DNA from: the human T2T-CHM13v2.0 reference genome, Homo sapiens
Assembly: GCF_009914755.1 (NCBI RefSeq)
Contig: NC_060933.1
DNA length: 64,000 nt
Direction: 5' to 3' (one strand)
Shown here: positions 42,906 through 57,900 of the stretch, piece after piece
How positions within the stretch are numbered: position 1 is the first letter of the stretch
Layout: the number at the start of each line of letters is the position of its first letter
Position numbers and translations under genes: made by a program
Notes under the pieces: generated by a model
Database searches by the model: none
The model's input: only the letters and a program-made list of their open reading frames with translations
Told to the model about the DNA's origin: nothing

Positions 42906-45900
42906 GGATTCAACCCAAATGGAATGGAAAGCAATGGAATCAACCCGAGTGGAATGGCATGGAATGGAATGGAATGGAATGGAATGGAATGGAATGGAAT
43001 GGAATGGTACGGAATAGAATGGAATGGAACGAAATGGAATGGAATGGAATGGAATGGAATGGAATGGAAGTGAATGGAATGGAATGTAATGAAACCGAGT
43101 GCAGGGGAATGGAATGGAATGGAATGCAATGGAATGGAGTCATCCGGAATGGAACGGAATGGAATGGAATGGAATCAACCCGAGTGCAATGGAATGGAAT
43201 GGAATGGAAAGGAATGGAATGGAATGGATTCAACCCGAATGGAATGGAAAGGAATGGAATCAACCCGAGAGGAATGGCATGGAATGGAATGGAATGGAAT
43301 GGAGTGGAATGGTACGGAATAGAATGTAATGGAACGAAACGGAATGGAATGGAATGGAATGGAATGGAATCATTCCGAGTGGAATAGAAGGGAATGTTTT
43401 CGAGTGGAATGAAAAGGAATGGTATCAACCAGAGTGGAATGGAATGGAATCGAATGGAATGGAAAGGAATAGAATGGAATCAACCCGAGTGGAATGGAAT
43501 GGAAAGGACTGGAATGGAATGGAATGGAATGCAATGGAATCAACTCGATTGCAATGAAATGGAATGGAATGGAATGGAATGGAATGGAATGGAATGGAAT
43601 GGAATAGAATGGAAAGGAATCACTCCAAGTGCAGGGGAATTTAATGGAATGGAATGCAGTGGAATGGAATCATCCGGAATGGAATGGAATAGAATGGAAT
43701 GGAACGGAATGGAATGGAATCAACTCGAATTCAATGGAATGGAAAGGAATGGAATGGAATGGAATGCAATGGAATCGTACGGAATAGAATGGAATGGAAC
43801 GAAATGGAATGTAATGGAATGGACTGGAATGGAATGGAATGGAATGGAACGGAATGGAATGGAATGAACCCGCGTGCAATGGAATGGAACGGAATGGAAT
43901 GGAATGGAATGGAATGGAATGGAATGGGTTCAACTCGAATGGAATGGAAAGGAATGGAATCAACACGAGTGGAATGGCATGGAATGGAATGGAATTGAAT
44001 GAAATGGAATGGAATGGAATGGAATGAAATGTAATGGAATGGAAAGGAATGGAATCAACACGAGTGGAATGGCATGGAATGGAATGGAATTGAATGAAAT
44101 GGAATGGAATGGAATGGAATGAAATGTAATGGAATGGAATGGAATGGAATCAACCCGAGTGCAATGTAATGGAATCGAATGGAATGGAATGGAATGGATT
44201 CAACCCGAATGGAATTAAAAGGAATGGAATATACCCGAGTGGAATGGCATGGAATGGAGTGGAATGGAATGGAATGGAATGGAATGGAATGGTACGGAAT
44301 AGAATGGAATGTAACGAAATGGAATGTAAGGGAATGGAATGGAATGGAATGGAATGAACCCGTGTGCAATGGAATGGAATGGAATGGAATGGAATGGAAT
44401 GGAATGGATTCAACTCTAATGGAATGGAAGGGAATGGAATCAACGCGAGTGGAATGGCATGGAATGGAATGGAATGGAATGGAATGGAAGTAAATGGAAT
44501 GGAATGGAATGAACCCGAGTGCAGGGGAATGGAATGGAATGGAATGGAATGGAATGGAATGGAATTGAATGGAATGGAATGGAATGCAGTGGAATGGAAT
44601 CAAACCTAGTGCAATTGAATGGAATGGAATGGAATGGAATGGAATGGAATGGAATGGATTCAACCCAAATGGAATGGAAAGCAATGGAATCAACCCGAGT
44701 GGAATGGCATGGAATGGAATGGAATGGAATGTAATGGAATGGAATGGAATGGAATGGAATGGTACGGAATAAAATGGAATGGAACGAAATGGAATGGAAT
44801 GGAACGGAATAGAATGGAATCATTCCGAGTGGAATAGAAGGGAATGAATTCGAGTGGAATGGAAAGGAATGGAATCAACCAGAGTGGAATGGAAGGGAAT
44901 GGAATGGAATGGAAACTAATAAAATGGAATCAACACGAGTGGAATGGAATGGAAAGGACTTGAATGGAATGGAATGGAATGGAATGGAATCAAGTCGATT
45001 GCAATGGAATGTAATGGAATGGAGTGGAATGGAATTAACGCGAATAGAATGGAATGGAATGGAATGGAATGGAATGGAATGGAATGGAATGGAATGGAAT
45101 CAACCTGAGTGCAGGGGAATAGAATGCAATGGAATGCAATGGAATGGAATGGAATGGAATGGAATCAACGCGAGTGCAGGGGAATGGAATGTAATGGAAT
45201 GCAATGGAATGGAATCTTCCGGAATGGAATGGAATGGAATGGAATCAACCCGAGTGCAATGGAATGGAGTGGAATGGAATGGAATGGAATTGAACAACCC
45301 GAATGCAATCGAATGTAATGGAGAGTAAGGGAGTTGAATAGAATCAATCCGAATGTAATGGAATGGAATGGAACGGAATGGAATTGAATGGTATGGAATG
45401 GAATGCAATGGAATGGAATCAACCCGAGTGCAATGGAATGGAGAGGAATGGAATGGAAACTACCCGAATGGAATGGAATGTAATGGAGTGTAAGGGAATT
45501 GAATAGAATCAATCCGAATGTAATGGAATGGAATGGAACGGAATGGAATGGAATGGAATGGAATGGAATGGAATGGAATGGAATGGAATACAATGGAATG
45601 GAATCAACCCGAGTGCAATCGAATGGAATCGAAAGTAATGGAATGCAATGGAATGGATTCAACTTGAATGGAATGGAAAGAATGGAATCAATACGAGTGG
45701 AATGGCATGGATTGGAATGGAATGGAATGGAATCAACCCGAGTACAGGGGAATGGAATGGAATGGAATGCAATGGAATGGAATCATCCGTAATGTAATGG
45801 AAAGGAATGGAATGGAATGGAATGGAATGGAATGGAATGGAATGGAATCAACTCGATTGCAGTCGAAAGGAATGGAATGGAATTAACCCAAATAGAATGG

Positions 45901-48900
45901 AATGGAATGGAATGGAATGGAACGGAAAGGAATGGAATGGAATGGAATGGAATAGAATGGAATGGAACGGAACGGAATGGAACGGAATGGAATGGAATGG
46001 AATGGAATGGAATGGAATGGAATGGAATCAACGCGAGTGCAGGGGAATGGAATGGAATGGAATGCAATGGAATGGAATCTTCCGGAATGGAATGGAATGG
46101 AATGGAATGGCATGAAATGCAATGGATTCAACTCGATTGCAATGGAATGGAATAGAATGGAATGGAATGGAATGGAATGGAATTAACCCGAATAGAATGG
46201 AATGGAATGGAATGGAACGGAATGGAACGGAACGGAATGGAACGGAATGGAATGGAATGGAATGGAATGGAATGGAATGGAATGGAATGGTATGGAGTGG
46301 AATGGAATGGAATCAACACGAGTGCAGTGTAATGGAATCGAATGGAATGGAATGGAATGGAATGGATTCAACACGAATGGAATGGAAAGAAATGGAATAA
46401 ACCCGCGTGGAATGGCATGGAATGGAGTGGAATGGAATGGAATGGAATGGAATGGAATCAACCCGAGTGCAATGTAATGGAATGGAATGGAATGGAATGG
46501 AATGGAATGGATTCAACCCGAATGGAATGGAAAGGAATGGAATAATCCCGAGTGGAATGGCATGAAGTGGAGTGGAATGGAATGGAATGGAATGGAATGG
46601 TACGGAATAGAATGGAATGGAACGAAATGGAATGGAATGGAATGGAATGGAATGAACCCGTGTGCAATGGAATGGAATCGAATGGAATGGAATGGATTGG
46701 AATGGATTCAACTCGAATGGAATGGAAAGGAATGGAATCAACCCGAGTGGAATGGCATGGAATGGAATGGAATGGAATGGAATGGAATGGAATGGAATGG
46801 TACGGAATAGAATGGAAAGGAACGAAATGGAATGGAATGAAATGGAATGGAATGGAATGGAATGGAATGGAATGGAATGGAATGGAATCAACCCGAGTGC
46901 AGGGGAATGGAATGGAATTGAAGGCAATGGAATGGAATCATCCGGAATTGAATGGAATGGAATGGAATCAACTCGATTGCAATGGAATGGAATGGAATGG
47001 AATGGAATGGAATGGAATGGAATGGAATTAACCAGAATAGAATGGAATGGAATGGAATGGAAGTAAATGGAATGGAAGGTAATGAACCCGAGTGCAGGGG
47101 AATGGAATGGAATGGAATGCAATGAAATGGAGTCATCCGGAATGGAACGGAAAGGAATGGAATGGAACCAACCCGTGTGCAATGGAATTGAAAGGAATGG
47201 AATTGAATGGAATGGAATGGAATGGAATGGAATGGAATGGAATGGAATGGAATGGAATGGATTCAACCCGAATGGAATGGAAAGGAAGGGAATCAACCCA
47301 AGTGGAATGGCATGGAATGGAATGGATTGGAATGGAATGGAATGGTACCGAATGGAATGGAATGGAATGGTACCGAATAGAATGGAATGGAACGAAATGG
47401 AACGGAATGGAATGGAATGGAATGGAATGGAGTGAACACGTGTGCAATGGATTGGAATGGAATGGAATGGAATGGAATGGAATGGAATGGGTTCGACTCG
47501 AATGGAACGGAATGTAATGAAATCAACCCGAGTGGAATGGCATGGAATGGAATGGAATGGAATGGAATGGAATGGAATGGAAACAACACGAGTGCAATGT
47601 AATGGAATCGAATGGAATGGAATGCAATGGATTCAACCCGAATGGAATGGAAACGAATGGAATAAAACCGAGTGGAATGGCATGGAATGGAGTCTAATGG
47701 AATGGAATGGAATGGAATGGTATGGAATAGAATGGAATGGAACGAAATGGAATGGAATGGAATGGAATGAAATGAACCCGTGTGCAATGGAATGGAATGG
47801 AATGGAATGGAATGGAATGGATTCAACTCGAATGGAATGGAAAGGAATGGAATCAACCCGAGTGGAATGGCATGGAATGGAATGGAATGGAATGGAATTA
47901 ACCCTAATAGAATGGAATGGAATGGAATGGAATGGAATGGAATGGAATGGAAGGAAATGGAATGGAATGGAATGGAATGGAATGGAATGGAATGGAATGG
48001 AATGGTACGGAATAGAATGGAATGGAACGAAATGGAATGGAATGGAATGGAATGGGATGGAATGGAATGGAATGGAATCAACCCGAGTGCAGGGGAATGG
48101 AATGGAATGGAAGGCAATGGAATGACATCATTCGGAATTGAATGGAATGGAATGGAATGGAATGGAATCAACTCGATTGGAATGGAATGGAATGGAATGG
48201 AATGGAATGGAATGGAATGGAATGGAAGTGAATGGAATGGAATGTAATGAAACCGAGTGCAGGGGAATGGAATGGAATGGAATGCAATGGAATGGAGTCA
48301 TCCGGAATGGAACGGAATGGAATGGAATGGAATCAACCCGAGTGCAATGGAATGGAATGGAATGGAAAGGAATGGAATGGAATGGACTCAACCCGAATGG
48401 AATGGAAAGGAATGGAATCAACCCGAGAGGAATGGCATGGAATGGAATGGAATGGAATGGAGTGGAATGGTACAGAATAGAATGTAATGGAACGAAATGG
48501 AATGGAATGGAATGGAATGGAATGGAATCATTCCGAGTGGAATAGAAGGGAATGTTTTCGAGTGGAATGAAAAGGAATGGAATCAACCAGAGTGGAATGG
48601 AATGGAATCGAGTGGAATGGAATGCAATCGAATGGAATGGAAAGGAATAGAATGGAATCAACCCGAGTGGAATGGAATGGAAAGGACTGGAATGGAATGG
48701 AATGGAATGCAATGGAATCAACTCGATTGCAATGAAATGGAATGGAATGGAATGGAATGGAATGGAATTAACCGGAATAGAATGGAATTGAATGGAATGG
48801 AAAGGAATGGAATGGAATAGAATGGAATGGAATGGATTCAACTCGAATGGAATGGAAAGGAATGGAATCAACCCGAGTGGAATGGCATGGAACGGAATGG

Positions 48901-51900
48901 AATGGAATGGAATGGAATGGAATTAACCCTAATAGAATGGAATGGAATGGAATGGAATGGAATGGAATGGAATGGAATGGAATGGAAGGAAATGGAATGG
49001 AATGGAATGGAATGGAATGGAATGGAATGGAATGGAAGGAAATGGAATGGAATGGAATGGAATGGAATGGAATGGAATGGAAGGAAATGGAATGGAATGG
49101 AATGGAATGGAATGGAATGGAATGGAAAGGAATGGAATGGAATGGAATGGAAGGAAATGGAATGGAATGGAATGGAATGGAATGGAATGGAATGGAATGG
49201 TACGGAATAGAATGGAATGGAACGAAATGGAATGGAATGGAATGGAATGGAATGGAATGGAATGGAATGGAATGGAAGTGAATGGAATGGAATGTAATGA
49301 AACCGAGTGCAGGGGAATGGAATGGAATGGAATGCAATGGAATGGAGTCATCCGGAATGGAACGGAATGGAATGGAATGGAATCAACCCGAGTGCAATGG
49401 AATGGAATGGAATGGAAAGGAATGGAATGGAATGGATTCAACCCGAATGGAATGGAAAGGAATGGAATCAACCCGAGAGGAATGGCATGGAATGGAATGG
49501 AATGGAATGGAGTGGAATGGTACGGAATAGAATGTAATGGAACGAAACGGAATGGAATGGAATGGAATGGAATGGAATGGAATGGAATCATTCCGAGTGG
49601 AATAGAAGGGAATGTTTTCGAGTGGAATGAAAAGGAATGGTATCAACCAGAGTGGAATGGAATGGAATCGAATGGAATGGAAAGGAATAGAATGGAATCA
49701 ACCCGAGTGGAATGGAATGGAAAGGACTGGAATGGAATGGAATGGAATGCAATGGAATCAACACGATTGCAATGAAATGGAATGGAATGGAATGGAATGG
49801 AATGGAATGGAATGGAATGGAATAGAATGGAAAGGAATCACTCCAAGTGCAGGGGAATTTAATGGAATGGAATGCAGTGGAATGGAATCATCCGGAATGG
49901 AATGGAATGGAATGGAATGGAACGGAATGGAATGGAATCAACTCGAATTCAATGGAATGGAAAGGAATGGAATGGAATGGAATGCAATGGAATCGTACGG
50001 AATAGAATGGAATGGAACGAAATGGAATGTAATGGAATGGAATGGAATGGAATGGAATGGAACGGAATGGAATGGAATGAACCCGCGTGCAATGGAATGG
50101 AACGGAATGGAATGGAATGGAATGGAATGGAATGGAATGGGTTCAACTCGAATGGAATGGAAAGGAATGGAATCAACACGAGTGGAATGGCATGGAATGG
50201 AATGGAATTGAATGAAATGGAATGGAATGGAATGGAATGAAATGTAATGGAATGGAAAGGAATGGAATCAACACGAGTGGAATGGCATGGAATGGAATGG
50301 AATTGAATGAAATGGAATGGAATGGAATGGAATGAAATGTAATGGAATGGAATGGAATGGAATCAACCCGAGTGCAATGTAATGGAATCGAATGGAATGG
50401 AATGGAATGGATTCAACCCGAATGGAATTAAAAGGAATGGAATATACCCGAGTGGAATGGCATGGAATGGAGTGGAATGGAATGGAATGGAATGGAATGG
50501 AATGGTACGGAATAGAATGGAATGTAACGAAATGGAATGTAAGGGAATGGAATGGAATGGAATGGAATGAACCCGTGTGCAATGGAATGGAATGGAATGG
50601 AATGGAATGGAATGGAATGGAATGGATTCAACTCTAATGGAATGGAAGGGAATGGAATCAACGCGAGTGGAATGGCATGGAATGGAATGGAATGGAATGG
50701 AATGGAAGTAAATGGAATGGAATGGAATGAACCCGAGTGCAGGGGAATGGAATGGAATGGAATGGAATGGAATGGAATGGAATTGAATGGAATGGAATGG
50801 AATGCAGTGGAATGGAATCAAACCTAGTGCAATTGAATGGAATGGAATGGAATGGAATGGAATGGAATGGAATGGAATGGATTCAACCCAAATGGAATGG
50901 AAAGCAATGGAATCAACCCGAGTGGAATGGCATGGAATGGAATGGAATGGAATGTAATGGAATGGAATGGAATGGAATGGAATGGTACGGAATAAAATGG
51001 AATGGAACGAAATGGAATGGAATGGAACGGAATAGAATGGAATCATTCCGAGTGGAATAGAAGGGAATGAATTCGAGTGGAATGGAAAGGAATGGAATCA
51101 ACCAGAGTGGAATGGAAGGGAATGGAATGGAATGGAAACTAATAAAATGGAATCAACACGAGTGGAATGGAATGGAAAGGACTTGAATGGAATGGAATGG
51201 AATGGAATGGAATCAAGTCGATTGCAATGGAATGTAATGGAATGGAGTGGAATGGAATTAACGCGAATAGAATGGAATGGAATGGAATGGAATGGAATGG
51301 AATGGAATGGAATGGAATCAACCTGAGTGCAGGGGAATGGAATGCAATGGAATGCAATGGAATGGAATGGAATGGAATGGAATCAACGCGAGTGCAGGGG
51401 AATGGAATGTAATGGAATGCAATGGAATGGAATCTTCCGGAATGGAATGGAATGGAATGGAATCAACCCGAGTGCAATGGAATGGAGTGGAATGGAATGG
51501 AATGGAATTGAACAACACGAATGCAATCGAATGTAATGGAGAGTAAGGGAGTTGAATAGAATCAATCCGAATGTAATGGAATGGAATGGAACGGAATGGA
51601 ATTGAATGGTATGGAATGGAATGCAATGGAATGGAATCAACCCGAGTGCAATGGAATGGAGAGGAATGGAGTGGAAACTACCCGAATGGAATGGAATGTA
51701 ATGGAGTGTAAGGGAATTGAATAGAATCAATCCGAATGTAATGGAATGGAATGGAACGGAATGGAATGGAATGGAATGGAATGGAATACAATGGAATGGA
51801 ATCAACCCGAGTGCAATCGAATGGAATCGAATGTAATGGAATGCAATGGAATGGATTCAACTTGAATGGAATGGAAAGAATGGAATCAATACGAGTGGAA

Positions 51901-54900
51901 TGGCATGGATTGGAATGGAATGGAATGGAATCAACCCGAGTACAGGGGAATGGAATGGAATGGAATGCAATGGAATGGAATCATCCGTAATGTAATGGAA
52001 AGGAATGGAATGGAATGGAATGGAATGGAATGGAATGGAATGGAATGGAATCAACTCGATTGCAGTCGAATGGAATGGAATGGAATTAACCCAAATAGAA
52101 TGGAATGGAATGGAATGGAATGGAACGGAAAGGAATGGAATGGAATGGAATGGAATAGAATGGAATGGAACGGAACGGAATGGAACGGAATGGAATGGAA
52201 TGGAATGGAATGGAATGGAATGGAATGGAATCAACGCGAGTGCAGGGGAATGGAATGGAATGGAATGCAATGGAATGGAATCTTCCGGAATGGAATGGAA
52301 TGGAATGGAATGGCATGAAATGCAATGGATTCAACTCGATTGCAATGGAATGGAATGGAATGGAATGGAATGGAATGGAATGGAATGGAATGGAATGGAA
52401 TCAACGCGAGTGCAGGGGAATGGAATGGAATGGAATGCAGTGGAATGGAATCTTCCGGAATGGAATGGAATGGAATGCAATGGATTCAACTCGATTGCAA
52501 TGGAATGGAATAGAATGGAATGGAATGGAATGGAATGGAATTAACCCGAATAAAATGGAATGGAATGGAATGGAACGGAACGGAACGGAACGGAACGGAA
52601 TGGAATGGAATGGAATGGAATGGAATGGTATGGAATGGAATGGAATGGTACGGAATAGAATGGAATGGAAAGAATTGGAATGGAATGGAATCGAATGGAA
52701 TGGAATGGAATGGAATGGAATCAACCCGAGTGCAGGGGAATGTAATGGAACGCAATGTAATGGAATGGAATCATCCGGAATGGAATGGAATGGAATGGAA
52801 TGGAATGGAATGGAATGGAACCAACTCGATTGTGATGGAATGGAATGGAATGGAATGGAATGGAATGGAATGGAATTAACCCGAATACAACGGAATGGAA
52901 TGGAATGGAACGGAATGGAGTGGAATGGAATGGAATCAACCCGAGTGCAGGGGAATGGAATGGAATGGAATGCAATGGAACGGAATCATCCGGAATGGAA
53001 TGGAATGGAATGGAATGCAAAGCAATGGAATCAACTCGATTGCAATGGAATGGAATGGAATGGAAAGGAATACATTGGAATCAACCCGAGTGGAATGGAA
53101 TGGAAAGGACTGGAATGGAGTGGAATGGAATGGAATGGAATGGAATGGAATCAACTCGATTGGAATGGAATGGAATGGAATGGAATGGAATGGAATGGAA
53201 TGGAATTAACCCGAATAGAATGGAATGGAATGGAATGGAATGGAACGGAATGGAATGGAATGGAATGGAATGGAATGGAATGGAAACAACCCGACTGCAG
53301 GGGAATGGATTCAACCCAAATGGAATGGAAAGCAATGGAATCAACCCGAGTGGAATGGCATGGAATGGAATGGAATGGAATGGAATGGAATGGAATGGAA
53401 TGGTACGGAATAGAATGGAATGGAACGAAATGGAATGGAATGGAATGGAATGGAATGGAATGGAAGTGAATGGAATGGAATGTAATGAAACCGAGTGCAG
53501 GGGAATGGAATGGAATGGAATGCAATGGAATGGAGTCATCCGGAATGGAACGGAATGGAATGGAATGGAATCAACCCGAGTGCAATGGAATGGAATGGAA
53601 TGGAAAGGAATGGAATGGAATGGATTCAACCCGAATGGAATGGAAAGGAATGGAATCAACCCGAGAGGAATGGCATGGAATGGAATGGAATGGAATGGAG
53701 TGGAATGGTACGGAATAGAATGTAATGGAACGAAACGGAATGGAATGGAATGGAATGGAATGGAATCATTCCGAGTGGAATAGAAGGGAATGTTTTCGAG
53801 TGGAATGAAAAGGAATGGTATCAACCAGAGTGGAATGGAATGGAATCGAATGGAATGGAAAGGAATAGAATGGAATCAACCCGAGTGGAATGGAATGGAA
53901 AGGACTGGAATGGAATGGAATGGAATGCAATGGAATCAACTCGATTGCAATGAAATGGAATGGAATGGAATGGAATGGAATGGAATGGAATGGAATGGAA
54001 TGGAATGGAATGGAATAGAATGGAAAGGAATCACTCCAAGTGCAGGGGAATTTAATGGAATGGAATGCAGTGGAATGGAATCATCCGGAATGGAATGGAA
54101 TGGAATGGAATGGAACGGAATGGAATGGAATCAACTCGAATTCAATGGAATGGAAAGGAATGGAATGGAATGGAATGCAATGGAATCGTACGGAATAGAA
54201 TGGAATGGAACGAAATGGAATGTAATGGAATGGACTGGAATGGAATGGAATGGAATGGAACGGAATGGAATGGAATGAACCCGCGTGCAATGGAATGGAA
54301 CGGAATGGAATGGAATGGAATGGAATGGAATGGAATGGGTTCAACTCGAATGGAATGGAAAGGAATGGAATCAACACGAGTGGAATGGCATGGAATGGAA
54401 TGGAATTGAATGAAATGGAATGGAATGGAATGGAATGAAATGTAATGGAATGGAAAGGAATGGAATCAACACGAGTGGAATGGCATGGAATGGAATGGAA
54501 TTGAATGAAATGGAATGGAATGGAATGGAATGAAATGTAATGGAATGGAATGGAATGGAATCAACCCGAGTGCAATGTAATGGAATCGAATGGAATGGAA
54601 TGGAATGGATTCAACCCGAATGGAATTAAAAGGAATGGAATATACCCGAGTGGAATGGCATGGAATGGAGTGGAATGGAATGGAATGGAATGGAATGGAA
54701 TGGAATGGTACGGAATAGAATGGAATGTAACGAAATGGAATGTAAGGGAATGGAATGGAATGGAATGGAATGAACCCGTGTGCAATGGAATGGAATGGAA
54801 TGGAATGGAATGGAATGGAATGGAATGGATTCAACTCTAATGGAATGGAAGGGAATGGAATCAACGCGAGTGGAATGGCATGGAATGGAATGGAATGGAA

Positions 54901-57900
54901 TGGAATGGAAGTAAATGGAATGGAATGGAATGAACCCGAGTGCAGGGGAATGGAATGGAATGGAATGGAATGGAATGGAATGGAATTGAATGGAATGGAA
55001 TGGAATGCAGTGGAATGGAATCAAACCTAGTGCAATTGAATGGAATGGAATGGAATGGAATGGAATGGAATGGAATGGATTCAACCCAAATGGAATGGAA
55101 AGCAATGGAATCAACCCGAGTGGAATGGCATGGAATGGAATGGAATGGAATGTAATGGAATGGAATGGAATGGAATGGAATGGTACGGAATAAAATGGAA
55201 TGGAACGAAATGGAATGGAATGGAACGGAATAGAATGGAATCATTCCGAGTGGAATAGAAGGGAATGAATTCGAGTGGAATGGAAAGGAATGGAATCAAC
55301 CAGAGTGGAATGGAAGGGAATGGAATGGAATGGAAACTAATAAAATGGAATCAACACGAGTGGAATGGAATGGAAAGGACTTGAATGGAATGGAATGGAA
55401 TGGAATGGAATCAAGTCGATTGCAATGGAATGTAATGGAATGGAGTGGAATGGAATTAACGCGAATAGAATGGAATGGAATGGAATGGAATGGAATGGAA
55501 TGGAATGGAATGGAATGGAATCAACCTGAGTGCAGGGGAATAGAATGCAATGGAATGCAATGGAATGGAATGGAATGGAATGGAATCAACGCGAGTGCAG
55601 GGGAATGGAATGTAATGGAATGCAATGGAATGGAATCTTCCGGAATGGAATGGAATGGAATGGAATCAACCCGAGTGCAATGGAATGGAGTGGAATGGAA
55701 TGGAATGGAATTGAACAACCCGAATGCAATCGAATGTAATGGAGAGTAAGGGAGTTGAATAGAATCAATCCGAATGTAATGGAATGGAATGGAACGGAAT
55801 GGAATTGAATGGTATGGAATGGAATGCAATGGAATGGAATCAACCCGAGTGCAATGGAATGGAGAGGAATGGAATGGAAACTACCCGAATGGAATGGAAT
55901 GTAATGGAGTGTAAGGGAATTGAATAGAATCAATCCGAATGTAATGGAATGGAATGGAACGGAATGGAATGGAATGGAATGGAATGGAATGGAATGGAAT
56001 GGAATGGAATACAATGGAATGGAATCAACCCGAGTGCAATCGAATGGAATCGAAAGTAATGGAATGCAATGGAATGGATTCAACTTGAATGGAATGGAAA
56101 GAATGGAATCAATACGAGTGGAATGGCATGGATTGGAATGGAATGGAATGGAATCAACCCGAGTACAGGGGAATGGAATGGAATGGAATGCAATGGAATG
56201 GAATCATCCGTAATGTAATGGAAAGGAATGGAATGGAATGGAATGGAATGGAATGGAATGGAATGGAATCAACTCGATTGCAGTCGAATGGAATGGAATG
56301 GAATTAACCCAAATAGAATGGAATGGAATGGAATGGAATGGAACGGAAAGGAATGGAATGGAATGGAATGGAATAGAATGGAATGGAACGGAACGGAATG
56401 GAACGGAATGGAATGGAATGGAATGGAATGGAATGGAATGGAATGGAATCAACGCGAGTGCAGGGGAATGGAATGGAATGGAATGCAATGGAATGGAATC
56501 TTCCGGAATGGAATGGAATGGAATGGAATGGCATGAAATGCAATGGATTCAACTCGATTGCAATGGAATGGAATAGAATGGAATGGAATGGAATGGAATG
56601 GAATTAACCCGAATAGAATGGAATGGAATGGAATGGAACGGAATGGAACGGAACGGAATGGAACGGAATGGAATGGAATGGAATGGAATGGAATGGAATG
56701 GAATGGAATGGTATGGAGTGGAATGGAATGGAATCAACACGAGTGCAGTGTAATGGAATCGAATGGAATGGAATGGAATGGAATGGATTCAACACGAATG
56801 GAATGGAAAGGAATGGAATAAACCCGCGTGGAATGGCATGGAATGGAGTGGAATGGAATGGAATGGAATGGAATGGAATCAACCCGAGTGCAATGTAATG
56901 GAATGGAATGGAATGGAATGGAATGGAATGGATTCAACCCGAATGGAATGGAAAGGAATGGAATAATCCCGAGTGGAATGGCATGAAGTGGAGTGGAATG
57001 GAATGGAATGGAATGGAATGGTACGGAATAGAATGGAATGGAACGAAATGGAATGGAATGGAATGGAATGGAATGAACCCGTGTGCAATGGAATGGAATC
57101 GAATGGAATGGAATGGATTGGAATGGATTCAACTCGAATGGAATGGAAAGGAATGGAATCAACCCGAGTGGAATGGCATGGAATGGAATGGAATGGAATG
57201 GAATGGAATGGAATGGAATGGTACGGAATAGAATGGAAAGGAACGAAATGGAATGGAATGAAATGGAATGGAATGGAATGGAATGGAATGGAATGGAATG
57301 GAATGGAATCAACCCGAGTGCAGGGGAATGGAATGGAATTGAAGGCAATGGAATGGAATCATCCGGAATTGAATGGAATGGAATGGAATCAACTCGATTG
57401 CAATGGAATGGAATGGAATGGAATGGAATGGAATGGAATGGAATGGAATTAACCAGAATAGAATGGAATGGAATGGAATGGAAGTAAATGGAATGGAAGG
57501 TAATGAACCCGAGTGCAGGGGAATGGAATGGAATGGAATGCAATGAAATGGAGTCATCCGGAATGGAACGGAAAGGAATGGAATGGAACCAACCCGTGTG
57601 CAATGGAATTGAAAGGAATGGAATTGAATGGAATGGAATGGAATGGAATGGAATGGAATGGAATGGAATGGAATGGATTCAACCCGAATGGAATGGAAAG
57701 GAAGGGAATCAACCCAAGTGGAATGGCATGGAATGGAATGGATTGGAATGGAATGGAATGGTACCGAATGGAATGGAATGGAATGGTACCGAATAGAATG
57801 GAATGGAACGAAATGGAACGGAATGGAATGGAATGGAATGGAATGGAGTGAACACGTGTGCAATGGATTGGAATGGAATGGAATGGAATGGAATGGAATG

